Positions 35,375-44,272 of a stretch of DNA of 64,000 nt are shown here, piece by piece. Where the stretch lies: assembly GCA_902574205.1 (NCBI GenBank), contig CACGMS010000001.1, forward strand, positions 41,819 to 105,818, read 5' to 3'. The DNA is from an uncultured Candidatus Hydrogenedens sp. (GTDB lineage Bacteria > Myxococcota > UBA4151). Every line of letters starts with the position of its first letter. Position 1 is the stretch's first letter. The position numbers were made by a program, and so were the translations under genes. The notes under the pieces were generated by a model. The model saw only the letters and a list, made by a program, of their open reading frames with translations, was not told the DNA's origin and ran no database searches.

Positions 35375-36844
35375 ATGCTGAGCTTGCGTGTATGGTGGAT
35401 GACGCTTTGCGCAGCTTTTGTCGTGAGCGGTGTTGTGCCGACAACGGCTGCAGCGGCACCTGCTGAAGACGCCGTCGATTCCGCAGATGAGACCCTACTT
35501 CTGGCGCAAAGTCGCCGCAAACGTAAGCGCCGGCGCAAACGGCGTAAGCGCAGGGCGGTCAAACCCGCAAAGCCGGCACAACCACAACCCAAAGAAGTGG
35601 TTAAAGAGCCCGTCAAAGAACCGGCAAAGCCGGCAGTTAAAGAGCCTGCTAAGCCTAAGCCAGTTGATCCCAACAAACCGAAACCGCTTAAACTCGCTGC
35701 TTTTGATATGACCAGCGCAGCAAAAGATATCGATGCGCAAATGTTGCGCGTGTTGACCGAGGTTGTGCTGACTACAATCAGTGCAGACGGTCGGTTTGAG
35801 AGCGTGATTACCGGCTCGGATCTGCGTGCTTTAATCAATCTTGAAAATCAAAAGCAGATGCTTGGCTGCGAAGATGCTGGGTGTTTGACCCAACTTGGAC
35901 AAGCGATTGATGTGCCTTATTTACTCACTGGTGAGGTGGGACGGGTTGGACAGCAAACGGTCATCAATCTCAAAATTATCGATATTGCTGAAGCTAAGGT
36001 TTTGGCGCGCGAAGGCGGAATGGTCGACAACGAATCCAAACTTCCGGAGTTGGTCAAACAAGCAGCAGGCAAAGCGCTGGCTAGTTTCTTTGCTCAGGTC
36101 AATCCCGAAGCAAAAGCAAAAGCGCAAACCGAACTCGATAAGCTGCCTGCGGTGGCGGTGCTCGATCTTGAGGCAGTGCATGGTGTGAAATCCACCATGG
36201 CTGCTGTGCTCAGTGATATTTTACTCTCGAGGTTATCGGACTCACGGAAGTTTAGCTCGATTATCGCCGGTGAAGATTTGCGCGATATGGTCAGTTTAGA
36301 GCAACAAAAAGAAGCGCTGGGCTGCGATGATGAAAGCTGCATGACGGCGATTGGTGGAGCCTTGGGCGTGCCCCTGATGGCGGTACCGAGCATCGGGCGA
36401 GTCGGCGAGCAGTTTGTCCTGAATCTTAAGGTCATTGAGGTTGAAGAGGCGAAGGTTCGAGTGCGTAAGAACCGTATGGTGCGCCGCGAGGTGGATCTGC
36501 CGACGGCAGTCCTTGGATTGACCGACGATGTGCTCAAAGCCTTGTTTGGTGAAGAAGCCTTGCTGACCGCTGAGCAAGCGACCAATCGCTTCGCCCGCAA
36601 GTTGATGCGCGGGACGTCGTTGGCGGTCGGTTTGGCATCGGTTGCTAGTTGGGGATTTTCGATGATGGACCTCGGCGCGGCTCAAGCTGCTTATGATGAC
36701 CCTCAAACCGGTCTGAGCGAGCAGACGCATAGCGACTTGATGGCTGCTCAAGAGCGCGCTTACACCCTGCGGTTGGGCGCATTGGTTGGCGGCGCAGTGA
36801 CGGCGGCGCTGTGGCTATTTTCGCCGACTGAGACGGCGCCCTAA
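35375..36844 (+). CDS. Membrane-anchored protein with two copies of the GC-x4-C / ALGVP module and an R/K then K/P/E-rich N-terminal linker
   Basis: A signal peptide is followed by RRKRKRRRKRRKRR and a KP/KEP-rich stretch. Module 1 is ...NQKQMLGCEDAGCLTQLGQAIDVPYLLTGEVGRVGQQTVINLKIIDIAEAKV. Module 2 is ...QQKEALGCDDESCMTAIGGALGVPLMAVPSIGRVGEQFVLNLKVIEVEEAKV. The C-terminal hydrophobic hairpin flanks AQAAYDD. Confidence 0.85.
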   Translation: MLSLRVWWMTLCAAFVVSGVVPTTAAAAPAEDAVDSADETLLLAQSRRKRKRRRKRRKRRAVKPAKPAQPQPKEVVKEPVKEPAKPAVKEPAKPKPVDPNKPKPLKLAAFDMTSAAKDIDAQMLRVLTEVVLTTISADGRFESVITGSDLRALINLENQKQMLGCEDAGCLTQLGQAIDVPYLLTGEVGRVGQQTVINLKIIDIAEAKVLAREGGMVDNESKLPELVKQAAGKALASFFAQVNPEAKAKAQTELDKLPAVAVLDLEAVHGVKSTMAAVLSDILLSRLSDSRKFSSIIAGEDLRDMVSLEQQKEALGCDDESCMTAIGGALGVPLMAVPSIGRVGEQFVLNLKVIEVEEAKVRVRKNRMVRREVDLPTAVLGLTDDVLKALFGEEALLTAEQATNRFARKLMRGTSLAVGLASVASWGFSMMDLGAAQAAYDDPQTGLSEQTHSDLMAAQERAYTLRLGALVGGAVTAALWLFSPTETAP

Positions 36845-36850
36845 AATCGT

Positions 36851-37654
36851 CTAGCGACTAAAGATCAACGGGTAGTTGATGACCGAAGTCCCGCGTGATT
36901 TCGGGTACCGAAAGCGCTTGATTCGACTCGTTATACAGCCTTCGACAGCTTTGTTGGTAAGCGTACTTTGCGTGATTTTTACTTGTTTGACGCGGCCGCT
37001 CTGAACCGTCACCCGCGCAGTGACTTTACCACTCAGCGTTGGGCTTCTCTGGAGTTGGCGCTGGTAGCAAAACTTAATGGCATTTGTGTATTTCCTGATG
37101 GTTCGTCGCGCATGATTTTTTGCTAAGGACCCGCTCACCGTGACGCGACCTACACGAAATTTGCCTTTTCTCCGTTGCTTCGTCCGCAAGGTTTTGCTGG
37201 CGGCAGCCATTTTGTTTGCTGGCTCTGGGGGTTTTCCCGCTAGCGCGGGCGCTTCCGCCTTAACTGCACCTGAGGCTTTCGCCACATCGCCTGTAGCTTT
37301 CGCTTCACCCATCAATGCATCGACCGATTTGGCAGAAGCCGCTTTCAACGCCACGGCAACGTCGGCGGCAGCCGGTTCAGCTTTGGCTGGAGCCGCCGCT
37401 TCAACCGGCTTTTTATCTCCGGCCTGAGCAGCAAAAAATCCGGACTTAGAGTCGTCGTTATCGGCTGACTTTTCTTTGATCTGCGCGAGCATTTTTTTAG
37501 CCGCAGATTTTGACTTCTTCGCACTTTTCGACCCGCTTGAAGATAGAGAGAATGATGATAAACCAGGCGCTCTAACGCCACCTTCACTGCGACCGATTTC
37601 CCAGGCACTGCCCAGCATCAATAGTGCTAATAGACCCATAACGCCCTGTTGCAT
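36851..37654 (-). CDS. AgmX/PglI-type (TonB-C-like) C-terminal domain protein with an Ala/Lys-rich linker
   Basis: GGAG lies 7 nt before the ATG at 37654; the track ORF starts at 37702. The C-terminus FCYQRQLQRSPTLSGKVTARVTVQSGRVKQVKITQSTLTNKAVEGCITSRIKRFRYP matches the myxobacterial AgmX/PglI tail as I remember it. Confidence 0.75.
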   Translation of the reverse strand: MQQGVMGLLALLMLGSAWEIGRSEGGVRAPGLSSFSLSSSGSKSAKKSKSAAKKMLAQIKEKSADNDDSKSGFFAAQAGDKKPVEAAAPAKAEPAAADVAVALKAASAKSVDALMGEAKATGDVAKASGAVKAEAPALAGKPPEPANKMAAASKTLRTKQRRKGKFRVGRVTVSGSLAKNHARRTIRKYTNAIKFCYQRQLQRSPTLSGKVTARVTVQSGRVKQVKITQSTLTNKAVEGCITSRIKRFRYPKSRGTSVINYPLIFSR

Positions 37655-37923
37655 CCTAAGCTCCGATTCACTTGATGGTGTATCTGCAACAGGGCGAATC
37701 ACTGGTCGTCAAGGGTCCAGCTTGTTTCCCTGTAGACCGTTTGCTTGAGTTGCTCGCCTGTCTTGTCGAGAGAGGAGGTATTTGGAATTCAGTGTTCGTG
37801 GTACGTGATCAACAAAGTGGCGACAAGCCACAGCGTTTGCCGATGGTCATCTGGGCGTCATCGACATCAGCGAGGATGTACCCTGTCAGATGCTCTAAAT
37901 CGTACTGTGGATAGTTATCCTAT

Positions 37924-39267
37924 TTATCGCTGGCGGAGCATCACGATACGCACCCCAAAGCCGACGATCAGCAAGACCGTGCCGGCAACGATCATGCGTG
38001 GATCGACAAAGATGGCGAGCCCAAGGCAGGTTAGGAGACCCATCCAGGAGATCAGGCGCGGATAGCGTCTAGCCTGGCTGGGCAGTCGAAGGGCAGCTAA
38101 GTTCGTTAGTCCGTAATAGATCAGCACGGTAAAAGCGCTAAAGGACCAGGTGGTTTTGATATCACCGAGCAAAACCAGGCCCGAAATCAGCGCACCGATG
38201 ACCCAGACCGCGCGCTCGGGACTGCTGTTCTTCTCGTTGATCTGCTCTAGCGACTCGGGCATCTCTTTGCGCCTTGCCATGGCGAGCAGGACACGGCTGA
38301 GCCCAAGCAAGAGATTGAGTAAGACACCCACCATGGCGGTGATGGCGCCCAAGGCGACCACCCATGCCACCTGCGGTACGCTAAAGGTTCGAGCGACGAC
38401 CTCAAGTGGAGCTGCCGCCGATTGTGTTGACGCAGCAAAGGCCTCGGCACCGACAACAGCGACCGCAGTGACGGATACGGTGATGTAGAGCGTCATGGAG
38501 ATTAAAAGCGTGGCGATGATCGCTTTGGGGATGGTTTGAGCGGGGGATCGAACCTCTTCGCCTAGGGTCGCAATGCGTCCGTAGCCGGTGTAGGCGACGA
38601 ACATTAAAGCCGTGCCGTGAAAAAGTGCGCTCGCAGACTCGAGTTCGCTCCAGCCCTTATTGATCAAAGCGGTCGCTAAGCTTAGGCGGTCGTTTAGACT
38701 GTGAGGATCCAGGCGTTCAGCTAAAATCGGCGGATCGATACTCATCCAGCCAAAGACGACGAAGAGGGTGAGGGTGATGATCGTCAATGAGACGATCACG
38801 ATGTTGGCAGTGTTTGAGCGCTTTAATCCGCCAGCCACCAAGGCGGTGAGCGCTAGAACCAAGGCGAGCGCTAAGCCGACTCGATAGGGCATGTGGTCGG
38901 CAAAGCCAAACGTGTGTAAAAAATAGCCCGCACAACCAAGCGCTGCCGTTGCCGCAGAGGCGCTTTTTGCAGCTAGAAACATCCACCCGGCGCTGAAGCC
39001 GGCGAAGGGATGGATAAAGGTATGCCCGTATTCATAGGTGCCACCGCTGACGGGGTGCGCCGCTGCCAGTTGAGCGCTGGATAATCCATTCGCGATGGCG
39101 ACCAAAGCAGCTAAAACTACGGCTAAAATAACACCGGTTCCGACTACTCCAGCGGCAATACCTAGGCTGACAAAAACACCGGTGCCCAAGATGGACCCAA
39201 GGCCCATCCACACTGCGCCCCAAAGACCCACCACACGGCTCAGTGCGGGTTGACTTGTCATTCTCAT
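37924..39267 (-). CDS. APC-family amino acid permease
   Basis: The protein has about 12 hydrophobic segments. The N-terminal GSILGTGVFVSLGIAAG signature and overall composition are typical of amino acid/polyamine/organocation transporters. Confidence 0.85.
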   Translation of the reverse strand: MRMTSQPALSRVVGLWGAVWMGLGSILGTGVFVSLGIAAGVVGTGVILAVVLAALVAIANGLSSAQLAAAHPVSGGTYEYGHTFIHPFAGFSAGWMFLAAKSASAATAALGCAGYFLHTFGFADHMPYRVGLALALVLALTALVAGGLKRSNTANIVIVSLTIITLTLFVVFGWMSIDPPILAERLDPHSLNDRLSLATALINKGWSELESASALFHGTALMFVAYTGYGRIATLGEEVRSPAQTIPKAIIATLLISMTLYITVSVTAVAVVGAEAFAASTQSAAAPLEVVARTFSVPQVAWVVALGAITAMVGVLLNLLLGLSRVLLAMARRKEMPESLEQINEKNSSPERAVWVIGALISGLVLLGDIKTTWSFSAFTVLIYYGLTNLAALRLPSQARRYPRLISWMGLLTCLGLAIFVDPRMIVAGTVLLIVGFGVRIVMLRQR

Positions 39268-39281
39268 TGCTCCGAATGGCG

Positions 39282-41072
39282 TTAGCGATACTTGGCCTCG
39301 TCAAAGGCGAGTGCACCCCAGCAGGCGAGTTTGCCATTTGCTCTTAAACCACACGTTGTAAAGCGCCCAGCATCAATGGTTGCAAACGGGGTTTTATCGA
39401 CCTTGAGTTCACCATAATCATTCGAGCCCCAACACGTCACCGTTTGATCGGGTTTGAGCGCACAACTGTGCTGTGCACCCGCCTGAATGTTTGTGTAGCG
39501 ACCTTGGGGTGCTTGTGTTTGACCATAGCGGTTGGACCCCCAACACAGGATGCGTTGGTCTTTCGTCAGTCCACAGGTATGCCATTGACCGGCTTCGACT
39601 TGCCGAAAAATTCCTTTGGGTGGCGTCGCTTCAGTATGGTCATCGGCTCCCCAACAGCGGATCGTCTTGTTCAAGCGTAACGCGCAGTTGTGATACCCAC
39701 CCGAACTCACGGATCGGAACATCCCTCTTGGGCGCTTGGTTTGACCCGATTCATTATCGCCCCAGCATGTGATTCGCCCATCAGAGCGTAAGCCGCACGA
39801 ATGAAATTTCCCGGCGCTGATCGCCTCATAGCGCCCTTTGGGCACATTGAGCTGCCCGTTATCATTAGAACCCCAACAGACCACGCGTTTCTTTTTCGTG
39901 AGCCCGCAGGTGTGAACGGCTCCAGCAGCTAGGCTAACCAACGGTATCCTCGGCGCATGATCGCGCCCGCTTCGATCGTTGGCATTACGAGAGGCATAAC
40001 ATTGGCCTTCGGATCCGCCTTTGAGCACGCAGACATGAGACCAGATGGCGAGCACTCGAGGCGGAACTTGAAGATCGGTGCCGCGTTTGAGTTTGACCTT
40101 CCATGTGGTGGTCTTGCCTGCTTTAACACTCAGTACTTTTTTTGCCGAGCGATAGCCTTTGCGACTGACCACGACATCGTACTTACCGCTCTTTGCGCCC
40201 TTAACGCGCACCGGTAAGCCTTTGCTCACTTCAAAGGTTCCCGGACCAACGATCCTCACCTTTGCACCTTTAGGTTTTCCTTTGATGTGAAGTGTGCCGG
40301 GTTTCTTAAGCCGAATATTGAGCGCCTTGGTTTCATCGGTCTTGACCCACAGCACCCCGCGCTGAGTTTGTCGTCCTTTGGCTTTGGCTTGCCATCGGTA
40401 CAGCCCTTGCGGGACCTTTTTTAGCCAGGGCTTTTTCGGGTTGATTTTGAGGCGCACTTGAAAGCCGGCGGTGCCTCGGATTTTGACACGAGCACCTTTG
40501 GGTTTGCCGGTAATATTGATCCAGCCAAGCGCTCCCGTAATGGCGCCGCCCTCGACGGCTAGATCGTTACCCTTCCCTGATTCGCTGCTTTGTTCACCGA
40601 GCAATTCGCTTATTTTGGGTTCGAGTAGATCGAGCACGGTTTCGATTTGTTTGCCTTGGACATCGATGGTTCGAATCGCTTTGACACGCTCGATATCGAC
40701 AAGCTTGAGCAGTAAAACAAAGCGCATGCCGACGCGACTAAATTTACCGGTGATCATGACTCGAGCGCCAAGCGCGCCGCCGATCTCGGCGATACAACTC
40801 TCCATCTTGCAGCCGCCGGAGAGTTGGCGTTGCAACTCGACATCGATGGCGTCCATCGCTTCGGGGGTCACGAGCGTGTATCGCTCTGATTGTCCGGCGC
40901 GAATGCGGATCATTTCGGTGAGCGTGGCGGCATCAGATGCTTGGGTTTTGACGCGCTGCAACGGTGCAACGACAAGGGTCGGCTTCTCTGGCGCAGGAGC
41001 ACCAATCAGCAAAGCAAGCGCCACCATGTTGCATGCAGCCACGATGATCTCCAAGCTGATACTAAGGACCAA
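39282..41072 (-). CDS. Fusion protein: GC-x4-C / ALGA module + two PEGA domains + RCC1-like repeat propeller
   Basis: The module is ...LQRQLSGGCKMESCIAEIGGALGARVMITGKFSRVGMRFVLLLKLVDIERVKA. The PEGA-like segments are KPKGARVKIRG... and KPKGAKVRIVG...VVVSRKGYRSAKKVLSVKAGKTTTWKVKL. About 6 short RCC1 blades follow (HTCGL..VVCWGSNDNGQL, HSCGL..ITCWGDNESGQT, and others). The start is uncertain (41072 or 41027). Confidence 0.85.
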   Translation of the reverse strand: MVLSISLEIIVAACNMVALALLIGAPAPEKPTLVVAPLQRVKTQASDAATLTEMIRIRAGQSERYTLVTPEAMDAIDVELQRQLSGGCKMESCIAEIGGALGARVMITGKFSRVGMRFVLLLKLVDIERVKAIRTIDVQGKQIETVLDLLEPKISELLGEQSSESGKGNDLAVEGGAITGALGWINITGKPKGARVKIRGTAGFQVRLKINPKKPWLKKVPQGLYRWQAKAKGRQTQRGVLWVKTDETKALNIRLKKPGTLHIKGKPKGAKVRIVGPGTFEVSKGLPVRVKGAKSGKYDVVVSRKGYRSAKKVLSVKAGKTTTWKVKLKRGTDLQVPPRVLAIWSHVCVLKGGSEGQCYASRNANDRSGRDHAPRIPLVSLAAGAVHTCGLTKKKRVVCWGSNDNGQLNVPKGRYEAISAGKFHSCGLRSDGRITCWGDNESGQTKRPRGMFRSVSSGGYHNCALRLNKTIRCWGADDHTEATPPKGIFRQVEAGQWHTCGLTKDQRILCWGSNRYGQTQAPQGRYTNIQAGAQHSCALKPDQTVTCWGSNDYGELKVDKTPFATIDAGRFTTCGLRANGKLACWGALAFDEAKYR

Positions 41073-41652
41073 CCCAGTGGCTATTCAAGGTGCCATCACT
41101 GCCCCATGTAAATTGTGCCCGGCGATGACCGATTGCAGCGAGGTAGAGCCAGTCGATCGATTGGATCTGAATGTGGACGCGAGCGAAAGCGGGGTAGCCG
41201 TCGTGTTCACCTGCCGTTTCCTCTGCTCGCGACCTCGGCTCATCGATCGGCGATCCAGGCGTTGTTTTGACTCGGTAGCAATCGCGCGCACTCGAGTTCA
41301 TGCTGTTCCATTTTGCCAGCGTTGCGTCCGTGTTGTGCTCTAGTCGTGCGGTACCCTGAACCCGAAACTGAAGCTTCTGTTTCGGGAAATAGAAATGCAT
41401 TGCGATACGGTTATTGGCTTTCAGGTTAGCCCATTTTGGCGATCGGGCGTCGGTGTGGAACATGAGTTCGCGCTGCTCGGGTTCGCACCCTCGGAAGACG
41501 ACCGTGCGTAAACGGGGCTCACCATCAGTCCCAACCGTTCCGACGGTCGGCGTATGGCCCGGGGAGCGACGATCTTTGACCGCTCGGCGCAGATGCCTCC
41601 AGATCGATGCCTCGACCCCCTCAAGGGTTTGATAGTCTTCCGGGTAACTCAA
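41062..41652 (-). CDS. Pyridoxamine 5'-phosphate oxidase-family FMN-binding protein
   Basis: PTVGTVGTDGEPRLRTVVFRG...MFHTDARSPKWANLKANNRIAMHFYFPKQKLQFRVQGTA matches the PNPOx-like split-barrel pattern. Confidence 0.8.
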   Translation of the reverse strand: MSYPEDYQTLEGVEASIWRHLRRAVKDRRSPGHTPTVGTVGTDGEPRLRTVVFRGCEPEQRELMFHTDARSPKWANLKANNRIAMHFYFPKQKLQFRVQGTARLEHNTDATLAKWNSMNSSARDCYRVKTTPGSPIDEPRSRAEETAGEHDGYPAFARVHIQIQSIDWLYLAAIGHRRAQFTWGSDGTLNSHWVGP

Positions 41653-41675
41653 GCTATGCCTCGCTCACTTTCTCA

Positions 41676-43247
41676 CTAACTCGATGATTTCCGTTCGCCG
41701 CTTCTACGCCTTGGCTTGGTCCGTTTACGCCGGCTTCCATGTCGTCTCAATACCTCTTGCGCTTGGGATTTCGCTGCGGGCGTTCGTCGAATTGCGAAGA
41801 TTTTATCTTTAGCAGCGCGGACAGCTGCGTTGTGATCGACGATCGGTAGTGGGTAGGTGACCCCAGGCCGAAAGCTGGTTTGCGCTTGTTCAATCATATC
41901 TATGGTGTGCGGCTCGGCGATGCATCGGTTGGGGACGTCTTCGAGTTCAGGAACCCAGCGTCGAATAAAAATACCCTCGGGGTCCTGATCGGTTGCTTGT
42001 TTGGTCGGGGAGTAAATTCGGACGGCATTAATGCCGGTCACTCCGCTTTGCATTTGCAACTGATTGTAGTGAATCCCGGGCTCGTAATCGAGAAATTGGC
42101 GAGCCAGATATTTGCCTGTCAGTTGCCAGGGTAGCCAGAGGTGATACGACGCAAACGAGACGACCATCGCACGCATTCTGAAGTTGAGCCAGCCAGTAGC
42201 ATTGAGGAATCGCATGCACGCATCCACCATGGGATAACCCGTATGTCCAGATTTCCAGGCGTCGAAATAGGCTTGATTGGGCGTTTCGTTACGCAGTCCG
42301 TCGAAGGCGCGCACTAAGTTGTTATGCTCAATGCTCGGGTCGGATTCGAGTCGCTGGATAAAGTGCCCGTTCCAATGGAGTCGCTTGTTAAAGCTCGACA
42401 GTGAGCGTGCCCACTGATTGAGTCCGCCGATGCCTTGCCGTTGACGCTCGCGGACAGATGCAATCCGCTGAAGATAGCGTTGATAAACCGTGCGAACCGA
42501 GATGGCTCCATAGGCAATGTAAGGACTCAGTCGGCTACAGGCATCTGCTCCTTCCAGCGGCGAAGACATAGCGCTTTGATAGGCTTTACCCCGTTCAAAC
42601 AAGAAGCTGTGCAGCGCCGCCTGCGCAGCACGTTCACCCGGAACTTGCATCTGCGCTCGGCTGGTTGCCTCGATGCCCAGTGCGGTTGGACTGAGGATAC
42701 CTTCAGACGCAATGCCAGCTGGGCAACTTATCGCAGCGGGGTGGGGAGCCATGGTCGAGCGCATGTCGCGCTCCCACAGCGCAGCCCATCCGTCGCGATC
42801 TCTAAGTCCTCGAAAAACACCTTGTTGCCGAGTTTCTCGCCACTCAATCCTACGATTTCTCGCCCACTTCTTGACCGCTAAGTCACGGGCATAGGTCTTA
42901 GCATTGCCCGTTTCTTGATGGCTGAGCATACGTCGGAAGTTGGTTTCATGGTGCAGCTGTTCAAGAACATCGACGGCGGCTCCATGCCTAGTCACCAGAT
43001 ATCCGCCGCGCTCGCGCAAGGCACTGTCGAGATCATGGAGGCAACCATTGACGAACTCGACGTCCGGCGTATGCGTGATTTCATCATGCAAGATCTCAGG
43101 TTCGTAGATGTACAGACAGATGCAGTGCCCTTGGCGAGCCGCTTCAAACAGCGGCTCATGATCACTCACGCGCAAATCCCGCTTGAACCAAACGAGTGTC
43201 GGTGGCTGCCTGGTGGGTGTGCTGTTTTGCACGAACAGATTCTCCAA
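41676..43247 (-). CDS. Cryptochrome/photolyase-family flavoprotein with a basic C-terminal tail
   Basis: The N-terminus is LVWFKRDLRVSDHEPLFEAA. The FAD-binding region is TGYPMVDACMRFLNATGWLNFRMRAMVVSFASYHL. The tail is RRHGSRRKRTKPRRRSGERKSSS. The subclass is not determinable by eye. Confidence 0.85.
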   Translation of the reverse strand: MENLFVQNSTPTRQPPTLVWFKRDLRVSDHEPLFEAARQGHCICLYIYEPEILHDEITHTPDVEFVNGCLHDLDSALRERGGYLVTRHGAAVDVLEQLHHETNFRRMLSHQETGNAKTYARDLAVKKWARNRRIEWRETRQQGVFRGLRDRDGWAALWERDMRSTMAPHPAAISCPAGIASEGILSPTALGIEATSRAQMQVPGERAAQAALHSFLFERGKAYQSAMSSPLEGADACSRLSPYIAYGAISVRTVYQRYLQRIASVRERQRQGIGGLNQWARSLSSFNKRLHWNGHFIQRLESDPSIEHNNLVRAFDGLRNETPNQAYFDAWKSGHTGYPMVDACMRFLNATGWLNFRMRAMVVSFASYHLWLPWQLTGKYLARQFLDYEPGIHYNQLQMQSGVTGINAVRIYSPTKQATDQDPEGIFIRRWVPELEDVPNRCIAEPHTIDMIEQAQTSFRPGVTYPLPIVDHNAAVRAAKDKIFAIRRTPAAKSQAQEVLRRHGSRRKRTKPRRRSGERKSSS

Positions 43248-43459
43248 ACCTCATGACCGTTTGGAAGAAGAGTCTATTTCAAATCGACTTGAATCCGCCA
43301 GAGTGAAGAACCTCTTCGAATGCGCGAAATGGGTTGTAGGCGATCGATAGCGGCGGCTTCTACACCGCCGTTTGTGGTGACTAGACCCGACTAGATAGCA
43401 GTGGTAGTGGCACTCTCTATATTGAGCAGCAAACGACGGCTGCATAGGGAGTGTGTTGT

Positions 43460-44272
43460 ATGAATCACGAAGAACCGCCAGTCACTCATGAAGAACCACC
43501 GGTTCACCAGGAGCTACCGGCAGCCAGCCCCCCATCTGCGGTCGAGACAAAGACCGAGGAGAAGGTCGATAAGCTGGACGATATGCTGACGAATTTGCCG
43601 TATATTAACGACACGCTCAAAGACATCGATACAAGGCAGCTTTTCGTCAAAGGCATCGTGACGATGATCCGCCTTGTCGCGATCCTCGGCTTGGCCTTAG
43701 GCGCAGTCATTTTACTCGCTGCGACCATCAAAGCCTTTGGCGGTGAACGTGCCGAGGGCGGTACGAAGATCCTTGGTGGTTTGGTCGTCTTACTTGGGTT
43801 TGTGCCGCTCATCTTATCGGTGATGGTGGTTAACCGGCGCAGCAAGCAGATTGAGATCCCGGATGGCTCGACCACCATTGAAGCGGTGATCAAGACGACC
43901 GGTACGTTGTTACGTATGTCGATCGAGGTCGTCGCAATTATTGCGGTGTTCAATCTGCTCGTGACCGGTCTGGTTCAGTTCATTATGGCTGAGGCAGACG
44001 CTGTTCAGTACGCGATATTTAGTATCATGGATGCGCAGTCGAGCTTTATGTCCGGTGGTGGCGGCGAAGACAGCTCGATCGCGCCAAGGCTCTTTGGTTT
44101 GGTCACCATGGCGGCGAGTATCGTCGTCGGGTTTGGCGTCTTGTTCGGCGGTTACTTTGGGTATGATTTACTCAAGATCGTCTACAGTTGGTTCTTGATG
44201 GTGATCGATTTTGTGCGTCGTATTTTGACGAATACGTTCCATCGCGCAAAAGGGGATAATGGCTCAGGCTGA
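43460..44272 (+). CDS. Hypothetical multi-pass membrane protein
   Basis: GGGAG lies 8 nt before the ATG at 43460. The N-terminus has a short repeat, HEEPPV x2. There are 4-5 hydrophobic segments. No family was recognised. Confidence 0.7.
   Translation: MNHEEPPVTHEEPPVHQELPAASPPSAVETKTEEKVDKLDDMLTNLPYINDTLKDIDTRQLFVKGIVTMIRLVAILGLALGAVILLAATIKAFGGERAEGGTKILGGLVVLLGFVPLILSVMVVNRRSKQIEIPDGSTTIEAVIKTTGTLLRMSIEVVAIIAVFNLLVTGLVQFIMAEADAVQYAIFSIMDAQSSFMSGGGGEDSSIAPRLFGLVTMAASIVVGFGVLFGGYFGYDLLKIVYSWFLMVIDFVRRILTNTFHRAKGDNGSG

Noticed and set aside
40471-41343. A 290-aa + strand ORF opposite the module-PEGA-RCC1 and PNPOx genes.
   Set aside because: It is Ser/Pro/Arg-rich antisense noise. The opposite-strand genes have clear domain content.
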